The notes beneath the pieces are model-generated. The model saw only the letters and a list, made by a program, of their open reading frames with translations. It ran no database searches and was not told the DNA's origin. From contig JAUIDW010000003.1 in NCBI GenBank assembly GCA_030428395.1, positions 32,552-64,551 of the forward strand: a DNA stretch of 32,000 nucleotides. The letters are read 5' to 3'. Position 1 is the first letter of the stretch. Each line of letters begins with the position of its first letter. The translations under genes were made by a program, and so were the position numbers. Source of the stretch: a bacterium. Lineage in GTDB: Bacteria > Planctomycetota > UBA1135 > GCA-002686595. Below are positions 10,759 to 19,207 of the stretch, piece by piece.

Positions 10759-13736
10759 TGGACCGACGAGATCGAGACGACCTGCTGCTCCCGTTCGAGG
10801 ACGTCGCGAGCTCGCGTCGCGGCTTCCTGCAGCTCGTGGGGTTCGGGATCACCAGCGCGGGGCTCGCGAGCTGCTCCCGGGGCCCCGCGGTGCACGCCGT
10901 GCCGGCCCTCGAGGTCTCGCGCGAGCTGGTCCCGGGGCGCGCGTACTGGATCGCGTCGACCTGCGGCGGCTGCGAGGCGGGCTGCGGCGTGCTCGCGAAG
11001 TGCCGCGACGGGCGGCCGGTCAAGCTGGAGGGCCTGCCAGGGCACCCGGTCTCGCGCGGCGGGTTGTGCCCGGCGGGCCAGGGCTCGATCCTGTCGCTTT
11101 ACGACTCCCGGCGCTTCGACGGTCCGCAGCGGGCGACGAGCGCCGGGCACCAGCCGGCGTCGTGGACCGCGGCGGACGCGGAGCTCATCGCCGCCTTCGA
11201 GCGGGTGCGGGCCGCCGGCGGTCGCGTACGCCTGCTCACGGGGACGGCTCACGGGCCGAGCACCCGGACCGCGATCCGGGGCTTCCTCGACAGCTTCGGG
11301 GACGGGGAGCTCGTGGTCTACGACCCGCTGTCGGTCTCCGCGATCGCCGACGCGCACGCCGCGACGCACGGCGCGCGGATCCTCCCGCGCTACCGCTTCG
11401 ACCGCGCGCGGACGATCGTGTCCTTCGACGCTGACTTCCTGTCGACCTGGATCTCTCCCGTCGAGCACACCGCGGCGTACACCGCCGGTCGAGCGCTCGA
11501 CGCCGACCCTCCGCGCATGTCGCGGCACTTCCAGCTCGAGGCTCGCACGTCCCTGACGGGGTGCCGGGCGGACGTCCGCAGGCGCCTGGCCCCGCGCGAC
11601 GTCGGGCCCGCGCTGAGCGGGCTCTGCGCGCTGCTCGAGCGCCACGCCGGGGTCGCGGGGCGGCTGGCCGGCGCGGACGAGAGCGCTCCGCACCGGGGCC
11701 TGCTCGAACGCATGGCGGACGAGCTGTGGGCCACGCGCGGAGAGAGCCTGGTGGTCGCGGGCGCGAACGACGAGGGCGTGCAGGTGCTCGTGAACCACGC
11801 CAACGAGCTGCTGGGCGGCTACGGGACGACCCTCGACCTCGAGCGACCCTCGCGGCAGCGCGGCGGCGACGACCGCGCCCTGGAGAGGCTCGGGGCGGAG
11901 CTCGCCGAGGACTCGGTGGACGTCCTGATCGTGCAGGGCGCGAACCCGGGGTACGACCTCGGCGGTCGGCTGCCCGTCGACCGGGCGAAGCTGCTCGTCT
12001 GCTGCGCCCAGGCCCCGGACGAGACGACTGCCCACGCCGGCTGGGTCTGCCCGGAGCCGCACTTCCTCGAGGCGTGGGACGACGGCGAGCCGCACACCGG
12101 CGCGCTGGTGCTGCGCCAGCCGACGGTTCCCCTGCTGCGCGACGGACGCACCCTGCGCGAGTCCCTGGCGCGCTGGTCGGGGGACGCCCGCTCCGACCGC
12201 GAGCTGCTGCGGGACCACTGGCGCGCGGAGGTGTTCCCGCGGCAGACCGCCCGCTCGGACTTCGACGAGTTCTTCGACCGCGCCTTGCACGACGGGCACG
12301 TGGTGCTGCCGGCGGACGGACCGCGCGTCTCCGCGTTCCGGGCCGACGCGGTGCGGCCGCTCGACCGCGCGGCGCCGCCCGCGGAGGGGGCGCTCGAGCT
12401 CGTGCTGTACGCGAAGGCGGGGATGCTGGACGGGCGTCACGGGCACAACCCGTGGCTGCACGAGCTGCCGGACCCCGTCAGCAAGATCACCTGGGACAAC
12501 TACGCCTGCCTGTCGCCCGCCACGGCGAAGAGCCGCGGGCTGGCCGAGGGGGACCTCGTGCGCGTGGACCTCGCGGACGGCTCCGGTGCCGTGGAGCTGC
12601 CCGTCCACGTGCAGGCCGGCCAGCACGACGAGGTCGTCGCGGTGGCCCTGGGATACGGCCGAGCGGGGACGGATCGCTTCACCGCGGTCGGCCCTCGGTG
12701 GCTGGAGGGCCGGCGCACCGTCGAGCCGGGCGGCGTGATCGGAGCCAGCGCCGCGACCCTGGTCGGCTCGGCCGCCGGGCGGCGCCGCTTCGACGGCGCC
12801 GCGGCGACGGTGACGCCGGTGGGCGGCGCGGTCGAGCTGGCCGCGACGCAGGACCACCACTCGCTGACGCTGCCCGGCTCCCTGGCCCCGAAGGGCCACG
12901 AGGTCCGCGAGGTCGTGTTCTCCGGCAGCTTCGACGACTGGCGAGCGGACCCCGGTGGCGCCGTCCACCGGCACGCGCTGCCCGAGGACGACCTCTGGCC
13001 CGAGGACCACGCGAGGGCGACGACCTGGGGCATGACCATCGACCTCGCGAGGTGCACGGGCTGCTCCGCCTGCGTGGTCGGCTGCCAGGCGGAGAACAAC
13101 GTCCCGGTGGTCGGTCGCGACGAGGTCCTGCGGCATCGCGAGATGAGCTGGCTGCGCATCGACCGCTACTACCAGGGCGAGGGCGACGACCTGCGCACGC
13201 TGCACCAGCCGATGCTGTGCCAGCACTGCGACCACGCGCCGTGCGAGTCGGTGTGCCCCGTGCTGGCCACCGTGCACTCGAGCGAGGGTCTGAACCAGCA
13301 GGTCTACAATCGCTGCGTCGGGACGCGGTACTGCGCGAACACGTGTCCCTACAAGGTGCGCCGCTTCAACTGGTTCGACTACCCCCACGAGAGCGAGCTG
13401 GAGAACCACTCGCTGAACCCGGACGTGACGATCCGCACGCGCGGCGTGATGGAGAAGTGCTCCTTCTGCGTCCAGCGCATCCAGGAGGCCAAGGCCGAGG
13501 CCGCGCGCGAGGGGCGCGCCGTCAGGGACGGCGAGGTCGCGCCCGCGTGCCAGCAATCCTGCCCGGCCGACGCGATCGTGTTCGGCGACCTGAAGGACCC
13601 CGACAGCCGCGTGGCCCGGCTGGCCGCCGACCCGCGCGCCTACGTGGTGCTCGAGGAGCTGAACGTGCGCCCGTCGGTGCGTTACCTGGCCCATGTCCAC
13701 AACGGCGCGAGCGAGGAGCACGGTCATGGTTCTTGA
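10758..13736 (+). CDS. actB: Alternative complex III subunit B (molybdopterin-oxidoreductase-like domain fused to a 4-cluster Fe-S domain)
   Basis: ATG 10758 shares one nt with the actA TGA. There is a twin-arginine motif (SRRGFLQLVG) followed by LASC. The N-terminal Cys group is CGGCEAGC...C...GGLCPAG. The C-terminal ferredoxin-like groups are CTGCSACVVGCQAENN, CQHCDHAPCESVCP, CVGTRYCANTCPYKVRRFN, CSFCVQR and CQQSCPADAIVFG. 992 aa. Confidence 0.9.
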   Translation: MDRRDRDDLLLPFEDVASSRRGFLQLVGFGITSAGLASCSRGPAVHAVPALEVSRELVPGRAYWIASTCGGCEAGCGVLAKCRDGRPVKLEGLPGHPVSRGGLCPAGQGSILSLYDSRRFDGPQRATSAGHQPASWTAADAELIAAFERVRAAGGRVRLLTGTAHGPSTRTAIRGFLDSFGDGELVVYDPLSVSAIADAHAATHGARILPRYRFDRARTIVSFDADFLSTWISPVEHTAAYTAGRALDADPPRMSRHFQLEARTSLTGCRADVRRRLAPRDVGPALSGLCALLERHAGVAGRLAGADESAPHRGLLERMADELWATRGESLVVAGANDEGVQVLVNHANELLGGYGTTLDLERPSRQRGGDDRALERLGAELAEDSVDVLIVQGANPGYDLGGRLPVDRAKLLVCCAQAPDETTAHAGWVCPEPHFLEAWDDGEPHTGALVLRQPTVPLLRDGRTLRESLARWSGDARSDRELLRDHWRAEVFPRQTARSDFDEFFDRALHDGHVVLPADGPRVSAFRADAVRPLDRAAPPAEGALELVLYAKAGMLDGRHGHNPWLHELPDPVSKITWDNYACLSPATAKSRGLAEGDLVRVDLADGSGAVELPVHVQAGQHDEVVAVALGYGRAGTDRFTAVGPRWLEGRRTVEPGGVIGASAATLVGSAAGRRRFDGAAATVTPVGGAVELAATQDHHSLTLPGSLAPKGHEVREVVFSGSFDDWRADPGGAVHRHALPEDDLWPEDHARATTWGMTIDLARCTGCSACVVGCQAENNVPVVGRDEVLRHREMSWLRIDRYYQGEGDDLRTLHQPMLCQHCDHAPCESVCPVLATVHSSEGLNQQVYNRCVGTRYCANTCPYKVRRFNWFDYPHESELENHSLNPDVTIRTRGVMEKCSFCVQRIQEAKAEAAREGRAVRDGEVAPACQQSCPADAIVFGDLKDPDSRVARLAADPRAYVVLEELNVRPSVRYLAHVHNGASEEHGHGS

Positions 13737-15144
13737 GGCCCCCACGCTCGCGGTGCCCGCGGAGCCGAGGCCGGCAGCGACGCCCGCTGCGCTGGTGGGC
13801 GGCCAGAAGTCGTGCCGCGACGTGACGCAGGACATCTGCGCGCCGCTCGAGCGCCGCCCGACGGGCCTGTGGTGGGCCGCATTCCTCGGCGCCGCCACGC
13901 TCCTGGCGATCGGCGTCGCGTCCGTCTGGTACCAGATCGCGACGGGCATCGGCACGTGGGGGCTCAACCGCACCGTCGGCTGGGGCTTCGACATCACCAA
14001 CTTCGTCTTCTGGGTCGGGATCGGCCACGCCGGGACGCTGATCTCGGCGGTGCTGCTGCTGTTCCGGCAGAAGTGGCGGACGTCGATCAACCGCTCCGCG
14101 GAGGCGATGACCATCTTCGCCGTCATCTGCGCGGGTCTGTATCCGGTGATCCACATGGGGCGGCCGTGGCTGGCCTACTGGGTGTTCCCGTATCCCAACT
14201 TCCGGGGGCCGCTCTGGGTCAACTGGCGCTCGGCGCTGCTGTGGGACGTGTTCGCGATCGGCACGTACTTCACGATCTCGCTCGTGTTCTGGTACGTGGG
14301 GTTGATCCCGGACCTCGCCACGCTGCGCGACCGTGCGCGGGGGCTGCGGCGCAGGATCTTCGGGGTCCTGAGCTTCGGCTGGGACGGCTCCGCGCGGACG
14401 TGGTCGCGCTACGAGATGGCCTGCGTCCTGCTCGCCAGCCTGGCGACCCCGCTGGTCGTTTCGGTCCACAGCGTCGTCAGCACGGACTTCGCGACGTCGG
14501 TCGTGCCCGGGTGGCACACGACCGTCCTGCCGCCGTACTTCGTCATCGGGGCCGTGTTCTCGGGGTTCGCGATGGTGCTGATGCTGATGCTCATCGCGCG
14601 CAAGGTGATGAGCTTCGAGCACTACATCACGCCCGCACACATCCAGGCCATGTGCAAGATCCTCGTGTTCACGGGCTCGATCGTGGGGCTGGCGTACGCG
14701 ACGGAGCTCTTCACCGCGTGGTACTCCGGCAGCCCGTACGAGCAGTTCGCGTTCGCCAACCGCATCCGCGGGCCGATGGGCTGGTCCTACGCGATCATGG
14801 TCCTCTGCAACGTCGTCGCGCCTCAGCTGCTCTGGAGCCGCCGCGTGCGGGGATCGCTGGGGATGGTGTTCCTGATCACCATCCTCGTGAACGTCGGGAT
14901 GTGGTTCGAGCGCTTCGTGATCATCGCCACGTCGCTCCAGCGCGACTACCTGCCGTCGGCGTGGTCGGGTTACACCCCGACGATGGTGGAGGTCGGGGCG
15001 CTGATCGGCGGCTTCGGGCTGTTCTTCACCCTGTTCCTGCTGTTCTGCCGCTTCCTGCCGATGATCTCGATGTTCGAGATCAAGGCCGTCGTCGCGGAGG
15101 CGCAGCACCACGGCCACGACGCGAAAGGGGAGGAGCCGCGATGA
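13726..15144 (+). CDS. actC: Alternative complex III subunit C (NrfD/PsrC-like polytopic quinol-interacting membrane protein)
   Basis: Many TM helices. NrfD-family-like motifs are present (GLNRTVGWGFDITNFVFWVGIGHAGTLISA, WHTTVLPPYFVIGAVFSGFAM). The start is ambiguous: ATG 13726 overlaps actB by 11 nt, and ATG 13693 is also in frame. Confidence 0.85.
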   Translation: MVLEAPTLAVPAEPRPAATPAALVGGQKSCRDVTQDICAPLERRPTGLWWAAFLGAATLLAIGVASVWYQIATGIGTWGLNRTVGWGFDITNFVFWVGIGHAGTLISAVLLLFRQKWRTSINRSAEAMTIFAVICAGLYPVIHMGRPWLAYWVFPYPNFRGPLWVNWRSALLWDVFAIGTYFTISLVFWYVGLIPDLATLRDRARGLRRRIFGVLSFGWDGSARTWSRYEMACVLLASLATPLVVSVHSVVSTDFATSVVPGWHTTVLPPYFVIGAVFSGFAMVLMLMLIARKVMSFEHYITPAHIQAMCKILVFTGSIVGLAYATELFTAWYSGSPYEQFAFANRIRGPMGWSYAIMVLCNVVAPQLLWSRRVRGSLGMVFLITILVNVGMWFERFVIIATSLQRDYLPSAWSGYTPTMVEVGALIGGFGLFFTLFLLFCRFLPMISMFEIKAVVAEAQHHGHDAKGEEPR

Positions 15145-15659
15145 ACCAGCGGATTCACGTCGGCGTGTTCCGGGACGAGGCGAGCCTGCTGTCCGCGATC
15201 GCCGAGAGCCAGGAGCGGGGCGTGCGCATCGTCGACGCGTACTCCCCGTACCCCATCCACGGCATCGACGCCCGCCTGGGCATCCGCCGCTCGCGCCTGA
15301 CGATCGTGTGCTTCCTCGGCTGCTTGACGGGACTCGCTGTCGGCCTGGGGTTCCAGTACTGGTCGTCCGCCGTCAGCTGGCCCGTCAACGTGGGGGGCAA
15401 GCCCTTCGACTCGCTGCCGGCCTTCGTGCCGGTCGGGTTCGAGCTGACGGTGCTCTGCGGCGGTCTCTCGACGGCGTTCGTGCTGCTGATGCGCAGCCGG
15501 CTCTGGCCCGGCAAGAGCAGCCGGGCGGTCGAGGGGGTCACGGACGACTGCTTCGCCCTGGCCATTGCCCGCAAGGACGCGAGCCTCCCCGCGGCCGAGC
15601 TCCCGGCGTTGCTGGAGAGGCACGGCGCGGTCGAGGTGCGCCTGGAGGGCGGGTCATGA
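15141..15659 (+). CDS. actD: Alternative complex III subunit D (DUF3341-like, two TM helices)
   Basis: The ATG overlaps the actC stop (ATGA 15141-15144). 172 aa. The N-terminal soluble part (GVFRDEASLLSAIAESQERGVRIVDAYSPYPIHGID) is followed by two hydrophobic helices. The position matches canonical act gene order. Confidence 0.8.
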   Translation: MNQRIHVGVFRDEASLLSAIAESQERGVRIVDAYSPYPIHGIDARLGIRRSRLTIVCFLGCLTGLAVGLGFQYWSSAVSWPVNVGGKPFDSLPAFVPVGFELTVLCGGLSTAFVLLMRSRLWPGKSSRAVEGVTDDCFALAIARKDASLPAAELPALLERHGAVEVRLEGGS

Positions 15660-16231
15660 GCACTGGCTGGAAGTCGTTCGTCGTCTGGTTGCTGCCCTGC
15701 GTGGTCGCGCTGCTCGCCTTCGAGCGGGTCCTGCGGCCCAACCACGCCGAGCGCAACTACGAGGTGTTCACGGAGATGGCCTACTCGCGCGCCTACGAGA
15801 CCCAGAGCCGGAGCCCGGAGCTGCCCGGCGGCCTGACGCAGCAGCCGCTGGTCGAGGGCGTGATCGTGCGGGACCGGCTGCCGTTCCGCTTCGGGCCGGG
15901 CCCGGAAGAGGCCGCGCGGGCCGGGCGCGAGCTCGTGAATCCGTTCGAGGACGAGCCCGCCGTTCTGGCCAGGGGTGCGCAGCTGTACGCGCGCTTCTGC
16001 GCGGTCTGCCACGGTGGGGACGGCGCGGGGCAGGGGCCGGTGGTCCAGCGCGGGATGCTGCCGCCGCCCTCCATGCACGCGGTGCGGGCCCTCGAGATGG
16101 CGGACGGCGAGATGTTCCACGTCCTGACGATGGGGCAGGGGAACATGGCGTCCTACGCCGCGCAGATCGCAGCTCCGGACCGCTGGAAGGTGATCCGCCA
16201 CGTGCGCTCGCTGCAGGAGGCCTCGCGATGA
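15656..16231 (+). CDS. actE: Alternative complex III monohaem cytochrome c subunit
   Basis: The ATG overlaps the actD stop (ATGA 15656-15659). There is an N-terminal anchor (WKSFVVWLLPCVVALLAF), a single CxxCH (CAVCH) and a downstream Met-rich segment (MGQGNMASY). 191 aa. Confidence 0.75.
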   Translation: MSTGWKSFVVWLLPCVVALLAFERVLRPNHAERNYEVFTEMAYSRAYETQSRSPELPGGLTQQPLVEGVIVRDRLPFRFGPGPEEAARAGRELVNPFEDEPAVLARGAQLYARFCAVCHGGDGAGQGPVVQRGMLPPPSMHAVRALEMADGEMFHVLTMGQGNMASYAAQIAAPDRWKVIRHVRSLQEASR

Positions 16232-17379
16232 ATGCCCCGCACGCCCCGGCCTACGAGCCCTCGCCGCGGCTCCTCCGGGGGTTGCTCCTGACGGCGGTCG
16301 CCGGCGGGATCGTGTTCCTGTGTGGAACGCTGATCGCCCCGGAGCGCGTGTGGAGCGGCTACCTCATGGGGTTCACGTACTTCGTCGGGCTCGCCCTGGC
16401 GGGCCCGCTGTTCCTGTCCGTGCTGTACCTGTGCAACGCGCGGTGGGGGCTGCCCCTGCTCCGCGTCCCCGAGGCGATGACCGCGGTGCTCCCGATCGCC
16501 TTCGTGCTGGGGCTCGTCCTGATCACGGGGACGCACGCGCTCTACGAGTGGTCGCACGAGCAGGTGGTCGCCCAGGACCCGCTGCTGAGGCACAAGGCGC
16601 CCTGGCTGAACGTCTTCGGGTTCTCGCTGCGCCTGGTCGCGTACTTCGCGATCTGGATCTGGCTCGGCCGCCGGCTGGCGCGGCGCTCGACGGTCCTCCA
16701 GGCGCCGGCGGAGAAGCGGCGCGGGGACATCGGGAGCTCCGCGCTGTTCATGGCCGCGCTCGCCTTCACGTTCTCGCTGGCCAGCGTCGACTGGATCCAG
16801 TCCCTGGATCCGCACTGGTTCAGCACCATGTTCGCCCTGCGGACGCTCTCCGGTGCGGGATGCGCTGGGCTGGCGCTGTGCACGATCCTGCTCGTCGCTC
16901 TGCGGCGCGCGGGGCCGCTGCGCGGCGTCGTGACGCGCGACGTGATGGACGACCTCGGCAAGATCCTCCTCGCGCTCTCCCTGCTCTGGGCGTACGTCTG
17001 GTACTGCGAGTACATGATCATCTGGTACTCGGACATCCCCGAGGAGACCGGCTACTACTTGCTGCGGCACCGCGGCGTGTGGGGCAGCCTGGTGCCCGTC
17101 AACCTGGCGGTGAACTTCGCCGTGCCCTTCCTGGCGCTCATGCTGCGCGCCTGGCGGCGCAACGGCGTCGCCCTGACGCGCATCGCGGCCCTGATCCTGG
17201 TCGGGCACGCGCTCGACCTGTACGTGATGATCGCGCCGCCGATCCTGGGCGCGGAGCCCTTCCTGGGCCTGTGGGAGATCGGGCCGGTCGCGGGAGCGCT
17301 CGCGCTGTTCACCTGGGCCCTGCTGCGCGCGCTGTCGCGGAGCCCGCTGGTCCCCGCGCAGGCGACTCCGTCCGCCTGA
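16228..17379 (+). CDS. actF: Alternative complex III subunit F (second NrfD-like membrane subunit)
   Basis: The ATG overlaps the actE stop (ATGA 16228-16231). 383 aa. It is polytopic and a distant paralogue of actC. It is the last gene before the convergent minus-strand gene. Confidence 0.8.
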   Translation: MNAPHAPAYEPSPRLLRGLLLTAVAGGIVFLCGTLIAPERVWSGYLMGFTYFVGLALAGPLFLSVLYLCNARWGLPLLRVPEAMTAVLPIAFVLGLVLITGTHALYEWSHEQVVAQDPLLRHKAPWLNVFGFSLRLVAYFAIWIWLGRRLARRSTVLQAPAEKRRGDIGSSALFMAALAFTFSLASVDWIQSLDPHWFSTMFALRTLSGAGCAGLALCTILLVALRRAGPLRGVVTRDVMDDLGKILLALSLLWAYVWYCEYMIIWYSDIPEETGYYLLRHRGVWGSLVPVNLAVNFAVPFLALMLRAWRRNGVALTRIAALILVGHALDLYVMIAPPILGAEPFLGLWEIGPVAGALALFTWALLRALSRSPLVPAQATPSA

Positions 17380-17504
17380 CGCGGCAGGGGCGCGAGCGCC
17401 GGTCGCGCGCGGCCCCGCCGACCCGTTCACCCCCGCGGACGTCCCGGGGAGCTGGAGGTCGGCGGTCGCCTCGAGGCTCTCCGGTCGCAGGCGACGCGCG
17501 TGCC

Positions 17505-18938
17505 TCATGGGCTCGCGGGGTCGCGGCCGAGCAGGTACTCGAGGACGTCGCGGGCCGTGTAGTCGCCGCGTCGAGCCGACAGGAGCTCCTCGACCACGGT
17601 CGTGTCGGCCCCGGAGGTGAGCAAGGGCGGCTCGGGATGTCCGTCTCGTCGGACCTGCCCCAGGCCGATGTTGGCCATGAGCGCGTTGCACACGCACTTG
17701 CGGCCGCGGAGCTCCTCGACCTGGCCACCCTTCCTCACGAAGGCCTCGGCGGGCTCGCCGGGACAGCGCCAGCCCACTCTCCCGTCGGCGCGGAGGTAGG
17801 CGTGCCGCAGGTAACCCAGGTCGCAGACCCGCTCCCTCCCCCCGAACACCTCGGGCTCGGAGATCGTGCCGGGCAGTCGAAGGACCTTGAACGGGAATCC
17901 CGTCGGGGAGGCGCGCACGTCCGTCTCGACCTGCGCCGCCCCGGCGCGGATTCGCTCGAGCGCGTGGCGCTTGACCTCGGGTGCCAGTCCGGACTCGAGG
18001 CAGAAGGCGAAGGCCGTCCCGACCTGGATCCCGGTGGCGCCCTGGCGCCGGGCCCACCGAAGCCGTTCCGGACTCGCGCACGAGCCCGCGATCCAGAAAG
18101 GCACCCCCAGACGCGCGACGGCCGCGAGATCGGGGACGTCCCGTTCGCCGAAGACCGCCTGGTCCGGACCGTCCGGCTTCGCGCGGCTCCGAGGAGGTGC
18201 GTTGTGTCCCCCGGCGGTGGGCCCCTCGAGGACCAGGCCGTCGACGCGCCCGGAGGCCTTGCGCAGCAGGACCGTGGCCACGGTCGACGAGGAGACGATT
18301 GCGAGGAAGTGCGGGCGCTCGAGGCGTGGCGCCGGGCCGCGCAGGAACGCGCTCGGGTCGAACCGGACGAGGTGGGGCTGGCGCGGGCTCGCGCCGCGCA
18401 CGTCGACGCGCAGTCGAGCGGGTCGCGCTGCCGCGTACTCGTCGAGCACGGCCGGAATGGCACGCGGGATGCCAGCACCGACGAGCACGTAGCCCACACC
18501 CGCGAGCATCGCGCCGAACAGGGACGGCAGGATCGTCAGCTGGATCTTCTCCATGTAGTTGACGCCGACCGCACCGCCGTGGCCCTCCCGTGCGAGGAAC
18601 ACCTCGACGAAGTTCGCCGCCACGATCAGTTCCTCGCGCGCGGGTGAAGGACGCAGGTCCAGCGGCGGCAGCGGGACGAACGGCGCGTCCGGAGCCTTGC
18701 CGCCGGGGACCAGGTAGCGGTCCACGATGCGCCGGGCGACGTCCGCGAGTGGAAAGTGGCCGAGGGCGCGCTGCACGTGGTCGCCGGGATCGCCGACCTG
18801 CAGGCGCCGGGCCAGGATGAGGTCCAGCCCCGTTCCGGCGACGACTCCGAGCTGGCCGGCTCGGGAGACCGCGCGGGCGAGCCGCCAGTCCGACACGCCC
18901 GCGCCCATGCCGCCCTGGATGATCGTGGGCAGCTTCAC
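17505..18938 (-). CDS. Nitronate monooxygenase / 2-nitropropane dioxygenase family FMN protein (long form with a Cys-containing C-terminal extension)
   Basis: It carries the NMO signature (PTIIQGGMGAGVSDWRLARAVSRAGQLGVVAG, EGPTAGGHN, GIQVGTAF). I prefer GTG 18938, which has GGAG 8 nt upstream on the minus strand. My hand count gives third-position GC of about 90% downstream of it, against about 79% in the 72 codons upstream. The track ORF instead extends to a TTG at 19154. Confidence 0.75.
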   Translation of the reverse strand: MKLPTIIQGGMGAGVSDWRLARAVSRAGQLGVVAGTGLDLILARRLQVGDPGDHVQRALGHFPLADVARRIVDRYLVPGGKAPDAPFVPLPPLDLRPSPAREELIVAANFVEVFLAREGHGGAVGVNYMEKIQLTILPSLFGAMLAGVGYVLVGAGIPRAIPAVLDEYAAARPARLRVDVRGASPRQPHLVRFDPSAFLRGPAPRLERPHFLAIVSSSTVATVLLRKASGRVDGLVLEGPTAGGHNAPPRSRAKPDGPDQAVFGERDVPDLAAVARLGVPFWIAGSCASPERLRWARRQGATGIQVGTAFAFCLESGLAPEVKRHALERIRAGAAQVETDVRASPTGFPFKVLRLPGTISEPEVFGGRERVCDLGYLRHAYLRADGRVGWRCPGEPAEAFVRKGGQVEELRGRKCVCNALMANIGLGQVRRDGHPEPPLLTSGADTTVVEELLSARRGDYTARDVLEYLLGRDPASP

Positions 18939-19150
18939 GTCGTGAGCTCCGGCGGGGTTCCAATCGCAGGCCTCCGGGCCGCCGCAGGAGGCGCAGGCGC
19001 ACGGGTCGTGGTCGTGAGCAGGAAAGGGGGCATCGGGGTCGGCGGATCCACGGCGCGGACTCGCGCGAGCCGCCGGTGGCGGGGTGGCCACGGCCGCGAC
19101 GGTGAGCCGTCCCGCGAGCCTGTGCACCAGGCCTGGGAGTCCGCTGAGGG

Positions 19151-19200
19151 GCAATTTAGGTATTTAGGTGTTGATATACCACTTAAGCCTGGGCGATCCT
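19151..19200. promoter_or_regulatory. AT-rich island with tandem ATTTAGGT repeats in the divergent NMO/had intergenic region; a candidate promoter/operator
   Basis: The sequence is GCAATTTAGGTATTTAGGTGTTGATATACCACTTAAGCCTGGG. ATTTAGGT occurs at 19154-19161 and again at 19162-19169. GGTAT (19159-19163) and ATACC (19176-19180) form an inverted pair. A TTGATA -35-like hexamer sits at 19171-19176. This is the only clearly AT-rich stretch I noticed in the window, and it lies immediately upstream of had (ATG 19208). Confidence 0.45.
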
Positions 19201-19207
19201 TGGGGGC

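Noticed and set aside
17380-17504. A terminator between the convergent actF and NMO genes.
   Set aside because: The region is GC-rich with several short imperfect inverted repeats (for example GGGGCGCG...CGCGGCCCC and GTCGC-ag-GCGAC). None forms a convincing stem-loop with a U-tract, so I do not annotate one.
19152-19154. A TTG start codon for the minus-strand NMO gene located inside the AT-rich island.
   Set aside because: TTG is a rare start and has no obvious RBS. Third-position GC is reduced in the 72-codon extension. The GTG at 18938 has a GGAG at good spacing and coincides with the start of the NMO domain. The long form is still mentioned as an alternative.
19171-19184. A possible FNR/AadR/DNR box (TTGAT-N4-ATCAA) in the had promoter region.
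   Set aside because: Only the left half-site TTGAT is present. The right half reads CACTT, so this is not a credible palindromic FNR-type site.
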